NCBI GenBank assembly: GCA_036172245.1 | Contig: JAYWIR010000016.1 | Location: forward strand, 2,232,001 to 2,296,000 | Length of the DNA stretch: 64,000 nt | Direction of reading: 5' to 3' | Source: Raillietiella orientalis | Taxonomy: Eukaryota | In this document: piece after piece, positions 34,669 to 48,550 of the stretch | Numbering within the stretch: position 1 is the first letter of the stretch | How the letters are laid out: each line of letters opens with the position of its first letter | Translations under genes and position numbers: made by a program | Notes under the pieces: generated by a model | Seen by the model: the letters and a program-made list of their open reading frames with translations, nothing else | Told to the model about the DNA's origin: nothing | The model's database searches: none

Positions 34669-35395
34669 CTTAAATCATTGCCGTTTTTTAGAAGACACAG
34701 ATCAAGAGCACACACAAAGAAGACAATCGCAAGCAATTCACCTTGAAAATGGCTTGAAGAGTGCGACGCTGGAGGTCGGTAAAAACCAAACGTGGTTTTT
34801 TGGGAATAGGGGGATGCTCTACCGTAGCCTGCTGCTCCTCCTTTCTCTTGCAGGCTAGAGGAAACAAAATGCATGGTTGTTTTTTGCGTTCTTACAACTG
34901 GTCCGTCCCCGATTAACTTGGCAACTGATTGCCACAGCGTAACTGCTGCTTTCGATGGGAGCGACTGAAGTGCAGCAGCACTTCTGCACGGAACGCGGCC
35001 TGCACTGAAAAGCACACGGCAGCCAGGGAAGGAGGCGTGCCACCTCGGCACACGGACTCGAAACGCATTCGCAAAGAATTTCTGCCTTTTCGGAGAGAGC
35101 TACGCGTAAAGCTGCTGCAGACACGCGCCCGGCCAACACTCTCGGCAGGGCAAACGTGCACGCGGGATGTACACCCCTATCGAAAAAGAAAAACGAGCTC
35201 CGCTCTCACCGAGATTTCCCGGAATGATAAAAAATTAACTTGAACACGTCGGTGTTCCGGAAAACAGCACACGTTGCCGTGGGTGTTTTCCAGGCAACGG
35301 GGCAAAAGCAAGGTAAAGCACACATTACCGCATACACACAAAAAGGCGCGCACACACGCCATGCACGATGCTCATAGATTAAGGCAACCATTATG

Positions 35396-35426
<31 letters not shown>

Positions 35427-38400
35427 CTCCAACCTCCCGGAAACTGACTTCTCGGGACAGTGAGGATACGTACGTAGTAAGAAACTAAAAAACTGCCGTA
35501 AAAAAACATACATCGGCTGACACTGCATCCGAAGAACGAAGCCACTGCTGTACGGAACAGCAAGATTCCAAAACTGGGCAGATGTACAAAAAACCAGCCG
35601 TGTACCTTGAAAGCGAATCCACCCAAAATACCGGAAAACACTATCTACAGAGCAGCTGGATGCTCAAATGAGAGCAGCCCGGGAATAAGCGCCGGAAACT
35701 CGGCGAGGATGGGACCCCAGTGGTTGTGGAAAGCGTCCCGCCAACCATCATCATACCACAGAAGGACAGTGTGCGCGACGTAACCAGCAAAAATTGTCCA
35801 AACTTCTCCTAGATAAAAGATAATGATCCATGAATAATTAAAAGCACAAACCCTGGGCATTCCCAATTATGCATACGAATGTTTGAAGATGTTGCTACAC
35901 ACATAACGAGTTGCAACGCAAACACAGATGAGACGTAAGCTGGAGAGCACAATCCGCTCCCAGCATCATGCTACAAAGTCGAGCAACGAAAAAACGCAAA
36001 GTAAAAACAGAATACAGCACGGTGAAATGGACCAACGAGAGGGAGGAACGGCCTTTGATGTGAAAAATCGAGGAGTCAATGAATGAAATGCACACCGTTG
36101 CTTTGAGATCAACAGCCGTGATAACACCTGCGCCTGAACACTATGTACAACACAGTGGACACAACTTGCAAGGAACAGCGATCGGCCGGTACACATCCGC
36201 TATGTATAAATGAAACCGACTCTGCGAGTGCTCCTAGGAGTGAAAGTGAAGAAATCCATTCCTAACTGGGAGCCATGGAAACCGATCACGCGGAATGCTG
36301 GAAGTACGCGAGCAGGCAAGCACAAACACACGGATTTCGTGTTTGAAAAGAGTGACGCAACCGAACGACACGTTCGTGTTGTCAAGTTTCCAAAAATTTC
36401 ACTTACTGATGCTGTGGATGTAACCAGGGTCTTGTAATATCTCATGGCATGCAGCGTTACCATGTTTTCCTGAAAAACAAAATCGACGTCTTAAGTGATG
36501 CAAAAACAGATTCACAGCTCGAAAATCACACGGGAAACATCACGACCAAACACTGCGGAAAGCTCCCGGGCTCGACGGGACTGCAAAAATGTACTTTTCG
36601 TACACGGCTGTAATTGTTTTCGTACCGCTCTTTTACACCACGACCTCGACAACGTAAATTTCTCTTTGCTAGAGGGGAAAAACTCTACCTACCGAGTCCC
36701 AAATCGCATTAAAGAATAACGAAGGGTCGGAACACTTTCCTGTCACTGTGAACGGATGTGTGCGAGTGGAAATACAATCCACTTAATACGTTGCATGCAA
36801 AACTTATGCTGAGCTTTTTCAAACTGCCGAAGCGAAGCCATCATCAGCCGGAGGGAGAAAAAAAAAAAAAAAAAAAATTTGCCTATGGCCCCTCCTTCCA
36901 CAAATAAGTTTCATATGCATGCGAACGATGCCATTCCTAACATTACAATCACGGTTTGGAAATCACAAGTTTTTCTACTGCACATGCATATTGATAAGTT
37001 CGGGCCTGCACGCCATTCATTTCCTGCAGCTACGGAGAATCCGTTCTGGCGACCACCATTCATGCTCGGAAAAGGAGCAGAAACGCCCCCCCCCTATTCC
37101 GGGCCTCCTGACAAGCGGCACAAAGAGAATACACCACCAACGTGTCTGCAGCAGGGACGCATGCACTTGAACGAAACACGGCAGCTCGAAGCCGCTTGAG
37201 GATTCTCCAAGATGCCGGTCGTGAAATGATGACCACCACGGTCTGCGACTTCAGTGCCGACTTCGCCTTCAAAGGCACCGGAAGGAATCACGAAGGACGA
37301 CGAGGGCGGACGCGAACATGGCGTTCAGGGAGAATTTTTCCGCCCACGAGTTATGCAAAAAACGTCATTTCGGCGTCGGGAACTGCACACGCTTAGTGCG
37401 CACGGCAGGGTCAACTGCAAACCCCGGAGCCTATCGCTGACCAGCCACCAACGCGTTCCGCAGAAAGTAACTTGTACGGACCGTGGTGCATAGGAGGACG
37501 ACAGCTGCAAGACGACAGAGAAACTGGAATCCCACAGTAAACACAGGACCTCGCTAATAAGGAGAACTGTATTGGAAAGGGCAAACGCTGTGCTCCTTAA
37601 TGGCCGGTACGGAAATCACGAGTGGTCACAAGGTGGTGGTCACAAGAAGCCTTGCGTACATATCGCTGCCTTTTCTTACCCAACTTCATCGTGCACGTGA
37701 TGCAGATCGATTACGCTCCTCGATTACCTTCTGCTTATTCGATTTTTCTGGTTCTGCGATTCGAAAAATGAAAGTACATGTACCTTGAACATGCGTTTAA
37801 ACTGTACGCTACATTATACTTTCACAGCCACGCCTGGAAATCCGTCGCATTCGGCTGTCCAACCTCCGCCAACCTTTTTCAAATACGTCATATTCAATGA
37901 CACGCATCTATCCGCAAAGAAAGAGCATTGCCATCGACGAGGGACCAAGAGTTACAAGACGACGTGATGGTGTGATCGTACCAAACGACAGGTCTAAAAC
38001 CACAAACACATACCGAAGCGATCGAGCCGATCTACTTCCAAAGAAACACCTCGAAATAGGAAGCTGGTATTCCCTCAATGGTAAAAAACGAAGTTGGGAA
38101 AAGAACACGGTGCATCCGATTAGGCAACGAACCCCATTTCCAAACACGAGGGTCCTGTGGTCCGTGTAAGTCACTTCCGAATACAAGGATGACGCTAATC
38201 ACATTCCGAGAACACCAGCAGATGTTTGGGAGCCCTACAAACACTAAATACGTTTACCCTAAAAATACTTCATCCTAAATAAACACTTGGTAATAGAGAC
38301 TCTATATTATAAGAAGAGTACACTTCAACTTCTGCACGATACTGATGGACCAATTCTGACGTCAGCGCAGTGCAATTCGAAGTTTTAAGTGCATCCACTG

Positions 38401-41400
38401 GGATACAATACATAATACTTCTCCTTATCCAGCAGGCTGAGCAGGACTTCTAGTCTAAAAGACGGATAAATTTACGGGGCGTCTTTTTATCAGAAAGGGC
38501 AAATCATTCGACAGGGGATCATCTATTCTCTTCAGCAGAACAGATACATAAACTGATACAGGAAGGAACACGCTCATAAGAGAAGCAGGAGATACCTATC
38601 TATATGCGCATCTTAATACAAGGACTATAAAGTTACGGCCCAAACCCGGCAGATCTAACACATTACAAGACTCATTTTTTGGAAGCAAAATTCCATGAGT
38701 GTCCCTTCTACGACCGATCGGGAAGTGAACACGGGACATTTTCTCAGCAGCATCGCTTACAACCAAGAGCACAATTTTCTAGCAATCCTGGACCCGAATG
38801 ATTTGAATGAATCACATCTGCCCATTTGCATACGTAAACAATTCTGAACAATACACTTTTAAAGAATGTACACATTCGTTTGCGAGCAACTTTTGCAGGA
38901 TTCGTCTGTCATCCCAAGCTCGCTAGGATTCAAAGCTTCATCATTAGACTAAGAGATGCTGCGAACCAATCTTGCGGATCATTTTGTGACACCGAATCAC
39001 TGTCGGTTCTGAATTTTCACGAACACCTCATTTTGGGGGATAGCTGCTTTGAACACACAATGCAAAAAAAAGAAGAAAAAAAAAAAAGGCGAAAGGGATG
39101 AACACAGGAGCGATTCAGCAGACAGGCTGAGAGCAATTTCCGGAAAAAGTCTGAAACGCAAAGCAAAGCTACCTACCGGAGAATCTTCATCTTTAAACTA
39201 AATACAACAACAACAACAACAACAAAAGTTCTTCCTGGTTTAAACATGGAGTGGAAGCCCACTAAACAGCCGTGGATTCACATACCGAAACCATTCCACA
39301 AGCACAAAGCAGACCTACGTTTCTTACTTAATGGCACTTTTCCGACTTTCGGGCATAATGGAACACTGGGATAATTACATTCAACGATGACTAACATGAA
39401 ACTCGAACCCCTATCGGTTGGTGGGACTGTTTTCAATAGTCAGGTTGTTTGCAACAGATTACTACACAAATTACGTAGTGTTCAGCGCGACGTAAATTCT
39501 ACCCTACAGAAGCCACCATGGGGACGTGAGCCATTACGAGAGACACCTCACCGCTCCTCAGAGCATCATCCTTTCATGAGGCTGGAGCTTACCATTTGGT
39601 ATCTGGATTGTCTCCTTTTTTTCAATACTTTAGGACTGCACTCGACCAACTATTTCATGTCGCCATTCTCCAGCGGATGACGATTTGCATAAGCAAAGGC
39701 GAATGCCTTGCTTCACGTTTACACCCGTCATCAACTTGTACATAGATATCGGCAAACGCGAAACTACGCAAAATGGATGGTATTCCAGCAGGAAAGAGTC
39801 GAAATCTTCTCCTAGGAAAATAGGATTCGTACACGGGTAAGCGCCTTTCCGACGGTAGAAGCAGCAAAACCGAATTACCACTGCTATCATTAAAGAGAAT
39901 AATCTTCTCTCCAGAATTACGAAGCACGCAACGAGGAAATGTAGCTCAGAATCTGCCTGGTGTGTGTCCTCCTGGTACATGGACTCTTCTGGTTCTCAGT
40001 ACCACATCGACTGGAATTCCCGATGCTAAGAAGCACCCCATGGCATAAAGAAAGCACGCGTAAGACTCTCAATGGAACAAAAGGTATATATATATATATA
40101 TACATACACACACTACCCACCAGCCTGCAGCCTGCAGGACACTGGAAAACTTTTAAATCAGGCATTACATGCCAAAAAAAAAAAAAAAGGGGTGTTTGGA
40201 AAATTAAATCGCTTGCAATGCTGATAATTTCCGTATTTAGCGTTTCTATCTCACGGCAGCATTAAAATGAGCTCTCCAGAAATTCCCTTTCATTGCGCTC
40301 TAGTTTTCATATCTCCTGAATTCTTCCCCCCTTTGTCAAACAGGGAAAAATCACGCAATGGGAGGGGGGGGGATACAGCAAATGAAGCATTACAACGAAC
40401 GATGACACAGGGATGGCATGATATATACAAAAGTCGGGAAAAATAATCCATGCAGATATGATTTTGGATATCAGCCAGATCCACGATATTTAATATTTAA
40501 TGAAATGAAACTCTTTCCGCATACGGGTACTTCCTCGACACATTCATATAACCAGGTTCTACTAGTGGTCGTCCAAGAGCTGATTTGGACGCTCTGGGAG
40601 CGTTTCTCTCTTCTCCTTAACACTTGGCAGCCAGCAGCCACCTTCGATTTACAGAAGGCCATCAACGGCAGCCACGCATTAATAAAGAGCGCGTTAAGCA
40701 CTGGACGCTTGTGAACATTGGGAACAAAACTCTGATGACCACAATGACATCAAATAGCACGCAAAAGCGACTCTCCCACTCAAACACGCATTGAACACGT
40801 ATTTTCGAATTCTCCCAACCGGGACGTTCGTTTTCAAGGGCTGTCCTCTGCTCACGTGTAATCCAACCACACTGACTCGCCGTACAGTCAACCCCCCCTC
40901 CCCCCCCTGGGGCTTACGACGTGTCTCTCTCTAACGATTCACGAATAAAAATCAACACGAAAGTTCAATGATTGCCAAACGGAACTACGGGCACTCCCTG
41001 ACAGCTTGCTCGGTCATTCCGAGCAAATTTAAAACGCCTGCTCGCTTAATAAAATGAAAACATTGGATTCCCATGCAAAGCATTTAACTCTCATCTGTAC
41101 GCCTCCTAAATTAGATCTGACGTTGTGTTAGGGAACACAACATCCAATCGAATCAAAGGGTCATCAAGACGGACTGAAACGAAATGGAAGAATTGGAAGC
41201 TTTACTTACTCGCTTGCCAGCCCTCAGTCTTCACCGATGCACTGCGTGGTGGAGACTGAGGACTGGTGAGCGGATGAACTGCTTGCTTACGCAAAGATGC
41301 TTCCAACTCTTCTTCCCTTTCGTCGAGAAGCAGCAGCATCCAGGACGAAGAAGAAGAAGAACGCTTTGGCTAAACGATTTTATACAGCAACGAGCGCGCA

Positions 41401-44400
41401 CGAAAAATATGTACGAAACGTGTAAAGTGTGCGCTGGACGTGAAAGTCCTCCTTCAGTCCGGCTGAAGAGAGAGCATGCAGAAGCAGTGGAAAGAAATAA
41501 GAAGAAAGCGGCGAGGGCATCGCAGTCATCGTGGAAACCCGAAGATCATTTGTCCAACTGAACTCTGAATAAACGAATGCTCCACACGTTCACGAGCTCT
41601 TCCCATTTTCACGGGATGAAAAGTTTGCCAAGCACAGGAAAACCTGGATTCCAGCAGCACGAATTACAACCGAAATCGAGAGCCGGCGATCGTACACGCT
41701 AGAACTTCCATGTTTTCCGGAAACGAAGGATCAAGGAGTGAAAGATCCAAAAGATCGCCCAAATATGAAAACTGTAGAGACCATCGTTATTGTCATTATT
41801 TTCTCTGAGAAAGACTCAAGTAGCGGCGACAGGCGTCCCCCTTCGAAGGGAAACTCTGCTGCTGCTCTGGACACTCAGCTGCCGCTGGCTTTCAGCACCG
41901 GTTCGGACTGCGAGCTTTCCGGAGTCTTCCCATGGATGACGAAAGCAATGCGATGGGCATCCGCTTCCCCCCTCTTCCAGACTCTGCCGAGAACGTACAA
42001 CCGGAGAACGGCGGAACGGGAACGCCGAGTTCCACACTTGCCAGCAGCATCCGTGCCTGTTGGTACAGTAGCGCACGCCGGAAACGCAGGATACACATAC
42101 GGAACAACTCGTTAATTTCTGAATGACGGGCTGCATTTCCACGAGAACGGCAAAAACCAAAAAATTCGACGCAAGTAAGGGAGGATTGGGAAGAAGAGGC
42201 GACTGCTGTGGGATTCTGGCAGCTCAGCACACGTGAGCTGTGCTTGGCTACGAGATCTCTTACACGCACCGATGGTTCCCACTGACGACTTCCCATGGCG
42301 CTGCTGCCAGCATGAAATATCGCTGAAACTGTACGGTGCTGATAAACAGCGAATTTTTCGGTTCCACGTAGCAGGCACGCTGATCTTCCTCCAAAGCAAC
42401 ATTGGTCTCTCCTCTAACAAGAAGACCTCGCTTTCACAACCTTCTATTAAACTCTGATCCTACTCGGAGAAACCTGTTACTCTGACAGCGGTTTCGCCAA
42501 CAGGGATTCTGGACGTCTCCGTATTACGTGAATGCAACACGAATTCCTTTCGGTAGTAAGGAGCACCAGCTTCAAACCCACCCAGAAACGAACCATTCCC
42601 AAAATTCTCAAGGACGACCCCCCACCCCTCCCCCCAGCAGACTGGAGCATATCCTATCGACCTAAAACGTAGATATCACAAATCTTGACCTGCAAATCCG
42701 AGGAAGGAACAACGAGTAAGGATGCAACACCAAAAACACGGTGAGGAAAGCTGACTGATCCAATTCTAATAAACTCAGGATGTACTATACACAGCAGTGC
42801 ACGAGCATGTGATGCTTTTGATTGGATGTCAGAAGGGGTTAAGTATATTGCCAGATTTGGTGCTAGATTCAGGAGCAAACACCCATAGAAATAGGAATCA
42901 TGGCTGTATTTTGGCTAGATTTGTGAAGATTCCTTACGAATACCTTTGAGAGCTTTATTAAAGGTTAGGAACGATAACGCTGGGAAGGTTAAATTTTGGA
43001 AAAATGCTTCTTGTGTAACACAACAATTCTATACAAAAGCTTTGTAGAATACATAATGCAACTAAAACTCCAATGACATTGCCACATGAGCATTTCTTTT
43101 TCCCTTAAAAAATGGAACTTGTTTTGAAAAGCAGAGCATGCTAAGGCATTTGATATGCATAGTACGTTTAACCCAAAACAAAGAATAAAAACTGCTTAAT
43201 ACTGCTGGTTCATTATAAAGACAATTTGAAATTCCTTATTTCTGCATTAGATTATGTACATTTGGAAAGCCGCATTTGGATGCCAAAAATATTTAAAATT
43301 TACCCTGATTCAATCAAATAGTTAAATGCATTTGCAAGTCCTCCAAGGTCTGCTCTGAAAGAAGGGTCCAAGAATGTGAAAGACAGAAAAACAAAATAAA
43401 TGAATATGTTTCTCCTATAACTCCTAGCACAATAATCAAAGATCTGACATCAAGAAACATCAAACTTCAGTAAGCACCAATGTAGCCATAATGACAATCA
43501 CTAGTCATGAGTGCTTTAGAAATCCTTTTTTCAAATTATGGATTCTTTTAAAATGTTGGTATTTATTAATTAATGAGCGAAGAAACTTATTTACAATTCC
43601 TTTAGAATGACTTTTCTAAAATTTTACTGGAAAGTGTTCTTTCAGACGTTTTTCTTTTTTCACAACATTTTTGTTTGTACTGAAAATCAAGTGTTATACT
43701 GAGCGTGTAGGGAATAAAAACACAATGCACAAAAAGCAGTGCATCAGAAATGTAACCTGATAAGCTTTTGGTCACAAGAAAATTATAATTTCAATCCATT
43801 TGAGAAAAAGGCAAAGAGAGAAAGAACTAATTACATAAAAATACCTGCTAATCTTAATGCTGACATGCGCTGAAATTCAGGTTCCTGAAGCCACTTCCAC
43901 ATCCTACGGAAAGTTTCTCTACCAGATTTCAATTTTGACCAGGGTTTAGGATTACGTAAGAGATCAGATAATGTTCCTTGTGAACGACATAATACTCTTT
44001 GGGCAAATATTGCTTGTGGAATGCTATATCTTTTTAATTCTGCTGAGATTCTTTGGGCAAGTTCTTTGGTATTTATTTCTTCAACATCTCCAGAATTTGA
44101 AGTTGTCACACACATATTCATGGATTTAGAAGCAGAACTGTCCTGCTGACTAGAATTGATTGAAAGCTGAGGGGAAATGGTAGAACTGTTTAAGGCAGGT
44201 AAGGAGGTTACCACTGTTTCTTGAACTACATCAGGTGATGATTCCCGTTTTGGCGGATTTAATAAACTAGAATTATTTTGAGAATCTTCTTGCTGTGATA
44301 GATCAGTAACTTCACTTATAGAATTTAAATTAGAGGCTACTGAGGTAGTTAGTGTTACCCCATAATTACTAATGACAGTAACATGGTTCCCATGTGCTGG

Positions 44401-45507
44401 TGATGAACTGACTGAAGGGCTCTGGGGGGAATTTATGGATGTTCTGGATAATTCATGTCCATAACCATTTTCAAAACTACTTGGTGATAGAGGCTTTTGT
44501 GGAGAATTGATTTCATTATGACCAAATGATGAACGTGGTGACAAAGGTGAGTGCTGCTGTCCAAGACTGATACCTAGTCCATGATTGTTAAAATGTGATG
44601 AGGAAATATTCATTCCAATGTTGGGAATTTTTTCATAGTTGTAAGCTGAATTAAGAGAAACTCCAATCAAACCATTGAGCCCATTGTTTTGCATGACAAA
44701 TGTATTTGGGACACCACTTGAATGGCCATATGCAAATTTTTCTGACATTGTTGAAATTGGTGGTAAAGGTTGCAGAGGAGTCAGTGTTGCGTATGATGAA
44801 TTATTATAGGCAGGTGGCGACATCTTACCATTTATGGAAGTTAACGACTGATAGGCTGTTTCTTGATGAATTGATCGATAATCAGTGTCAATCATGTTTG
44901 GAACATTAACTTCAGTTCTTGGAGACAACTCACTGGGGCTTAACAAATCTGATTCATCATGGGAATCATTTGAGTGAATAGTTATGGATAACTGTTCTTC
45001 CAAATCTGCAACATTACTTACAACACTTACACTTTGCGTTACTTTGGCCAATTCTTGTTTGAATATCGTTTCTTCTTGAGATCCATCAGAGAGCTCTTGC
45101 TTTATAAAATCTACATCTCTGACATGCTGCGATAAACAGTTCCCCTCTTCCTTGAAATGATTTGCGATTCTCGTCAATGAAGTGGTTTCAGATGAAACAT
45201 GTATCCCAGCACTCAAGACTTCATTGTTGTTGCTATGCTTGTATTGTAATGAAGCCACAGGCACATCATCAGTTTCCGAGCACACAAGATTCGGAATGTT
45301 ATCAGACAACCCAGACAATTCTGCAGCACATGTAAGGCGATAATGCAGTTTATTCAAGTGAAATTCACTTGGGCTTAAGCTCTCGGAAGAGAGAAAGTCA
45401 ACATGCGATGACGCTGCTGACAAAGAATCAACTGACTCCTCCAACAGCGTTGTATTCGCTAACGAATGCGAGCTGCTTATGCTATCGCTTATCCTAATCT
45501 TAGCCAT
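34402..45507 (-). CDS. onecut: Onecut (HNF6-like) CUT + homeodomain transcription factor, about 680 aa, 3 coding exons
   Basis: Exons 45507-43845, 34854-34742, 34668-34402. TP box YATLTPLQPLPPISTMSEKF; CUT domain EEINTKELAQRISAELKRYSIPQAIFAQRVLCRSQGTLSDLLRNPKPWSKLKSGRETFRRM; homeodomain KKPRLVFTDLQRRTLQAIFKETKRPSKEMQ...NFFMNARRRS with the onecut-diagnostic F48/M50. Confidence 0.97.
34742..34854 (-). CDS. onecut: onecut exon 2 (ACKRKEEQQ...KKPRLVFTDLQRRTLQAIFK)
   Basis: ctctag acceptor, gtgaat donor, phase 1 to 0. Confidence 0.95.
39400..40150 (-). mobile_element. Decayed LINE RT remnant in onecut intron 1
   Basis: VACFVILERRLFSL (FVDLEKAFDS) then GVNVKQG (GVKQG). Confidence 0.45.
41800..42460 (-). 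mobile_element. Possible decayed APE endonuclease remnant in onecut intron 1
   Basis: ATWN...DISCWQQ (ATWNV...DI.CLQE). Confidence 0.3.
43845..45507 (-). CDS. onecut: onecut exon 1 (long Ser-rich N-terminus and CUT domain)
   Basis: 558-aa ORF; donor G|gtattt after RLA. Confidence 0.95.
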
Positions 45508-45729
45508 TTAAACATAAATCACCGTGCAATTACAATGAAACACATCTTTGGGTAACACCACATAATCACAGCATGATAGCAAACAAACTATAAACACTCA
45601 CAAAAACATTTGTTTGTATTTTTTCCTAACCCGCATTCGCCACCTACCAATCGCTTCCATGTTTGACTAGTTGCTGCAACGCATCCAATTACGCAGCTGC
45701 AGATTATGAACGATGGCGCTTCGCAGGAA

Positions 45730-46268
45730 AGATGGAGCAGCAGGAGTTATCAAGCGCTATCCGAGGAAGCTCCTCGGGGCCATGGGAGACGGGCGTCGGG
45801 CAGGACAGGCGCGGCAGCACCCCACGAAACGACACGGTTCAGTCGAAATCAGAAGAATCCTGTGTTCCTTTCTCCCCCTCCCCTCCCCCCCCCCTTTTTT
45901 TTTTTCCCCCTCTTCTGGGGAAGCGTATACGGACAAAGAGCACACTCCTTCACGTTGGGTTGCAGCATCCGTCGGCATCAGGCGGGCGTCCGCGCCTCCC
46001 TAAGATCTGTCCACCCGACTTCCCACGAAGTTTCCAGCGTCTCTTTTCCGTCGGGAATCGTACGTACACACATCGTACGGTCCACTTCAGAACGATGGTC
46101 TTGCTGGAACGGAGCGTGCTTCACCTGCACGAGCAGCTTCAGAGCGCTACGTGGAAGCCAGCAAGCTCCACGGAGCCCTGGAAGACAGGGATCAGAAAAG
46201 CCAGGCGCGGCAGCTACTCCCACGTAATTGTCAACATTATGTACGGAAAATTAGAATCGTATTTCCTT

Positions 46269-46307
<39 letters not shown>

Positions 46308-46540
46308 TTTTTTTTCTGGGGAAGCATATACGGACAAAGAGCACACTCCTTCACGTTGGGTTGCAGCATCCGTCGGCATCAGGCGGGCGTCCGCGCCTCC
46401 CTAAGATCTGTCCACCCGACTTCCCACGAAGTTTCCAGCGTCTCTTTTCCGTCAGGAATTGCACGTACACACATCGTACGGTCACTTCAGAATGATGTCT
46501 TCTTTAACGGAACGTGTTTCACTCGCACGCTCAGCTTCCG
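45730..46540. repeat. Two-copy tandem duplication, period about 400 bp, upstream of the onecut ATG
   Basis: 45913-46090 is nearly identical to 46314-46490; the flanking halves are alignable but more diverged. Confidence 0.9.
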
Positions 46541-47399
46541 TATAATACTGCTTTTGTGTCACGACTTTTGCATCCTACGTTGGTGGGATGGACTCTGCTT
46601 TTACGACAGTTGTTCCTTCATCTTCGCTTCTCATGCTGAAATTTTAGATCAGCTATTTCATTGGGATTTTTGATTTTAGTTTGCCAGCATTAATTTGAGA
46701 TATCACGGTTGATGGAGTGATAGCAGTTAACCTTTAAATGTAAGTATCAAATCATTACGATATTATGCAAAGAAGAGGAACTTCATTCCATTCCATTTGG
46801 TTTATTCGTAGTATGCCTGTATTGCTTAAGTCAATGACTCTTGAGTCAATGAGAAAACGGAAGACTTTTGAGCTTATTCAACATTAATAAAAAGGATTTT
46901 TTTTTTTTTTTTACTGCCAATTTTCCTAAATTCTTTCAGCTGCACCCCCCCCCCCATACACGTATGCATCGATGTCTGCATTGACCATTTCTTGCTATGT
47001 TGCCTAAACACTGCCGATTTTAATTACATCATCCTTGTAGCATTTTGGCAAATGAAAATCTAACGGGGAAAAAAAAACTGTATAGTCTCTGTCTGTATTA
47101 TAAACTCATTGAAATCTATTTATGAATCCCAATTCACTCATAAGTTCTAAACATCTCTGCTTGTAATTAAAAGCACCCCAAATTCTATGTGACACTTTAA
47201 ACTTTTTTCTACCTAAATGAAATCTTTCCATTTTAAATTATACAGTTTTAAACATCAGGTGTGAAATCATTGCTGAAGCAAATAAAGGAAACATTTGAAA
47301 TACATCTTTGGAAATCGAAGGGATTGTGTATGTGAAATCTGAAAACCCTGATTTTTTTTTTTTTTTTTTTTTTGGCGGTTGAATTTTCAGGTATGGAAA

Positions 47400-48550
47400 G
47401 ATTCACGTCAAATCAATTCTCTAGAGCGACACTGAAATCCTGTCATTAAGGAGGGTCTGCTGGTCTTCGAAAGCGGACATCGAGTAAGCTAAGAGCAAAG
47501 GGGGAGCAGCGGTTCGAGGGCGCACACTACGTCTTGCACACGGCAAAACAAGTAAGTCACAGTGGTTTCGAGATGGATTTCCTGGAAGTGAATCTCATCG
47601 CCATCAATTCCAAGAACGCACGAACCATCATGTCCCAGGAATTCAGAGTGCCAGTGACGTGCCACCTTGACTCCGAATTCGACAGAAATGGGTCTGCTCC
47701 TGGGTTTTGAACGTGACATCTGGCCTTTCCCTGATCCACCAACCCGTCGTAATCTTACAGTCCTTGAACTCCGAACCCACGGTGTTCTTAACTGCTGGAA
47801 CACTCACAAACACTCACGAAACATTCTTAGGCGAAGAACGACGGCACACAGAAGTTTGTGGTGTACCTCTGTGCTGTGGCTTCAGGAAGCTTTGGAAAAA
47901 CCTTCCTGGTTCCCTGCAAGAACGATGAGGCTTCTGAAGCAGGAAGGCGAACCACGGCATCCCGTCGGGGATTGGGGGGAGAACGGGCTCAAGCCCGGAG
48001 CGAATAACGAGGTGCTTTGCATGAGCCGGGACGCATGTACTCTGTGTAGGGCACCCCACGTGTGCCTGTCCCTTCCGGGCAACGCGGATGCGTTCATCAG
48101 TATCCCGTCACCCAAGATGCTGCGCAAAGCTTCGACTGGAATCATCCGGTAATTGTGGTCTTGGAGGTCGCCCGAAAGTTGCCGTTCCGAATAACAGGAA
48201 GGGAGGCAGGGAAGGTTTTCCAAAGCAGGATCGCATTCCTGCATCCCTATCCTCATTCCCAGAGGGTGACCCTGCGTGACTACTGCTGGAAGCGATCCGG
48301 GTACAAGTGTTCTCGAACGGTCTTGTCTCGAAAGGGGAGGATCCTCCATAATGGCAGCCGTCAGTCATGGCGGGCTGCTTACTCGAAGCTCGTGAGCCTT
48401 CGTTCCAGGCAGAATGTCCTCCGGGAACGACATCCTGCTCCTGTCCTATTCCAGATCTCCGGGGCGCCTTCCTTCCGGGAGAGCTCTCTTCCCATAGGGC
48501 ATGTTCCCTCTCGGAGTCATGCCCTGGGGGTCTCCGAGACTCCTCGAAGA
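47400..48550 (-). mobile_element. Possible decayed APE endonuclease remnant
   Basis: EDILPGTK (DILxLQETK) and SGDLQDH (GDLNAH) relics. Confidence 0.3.
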
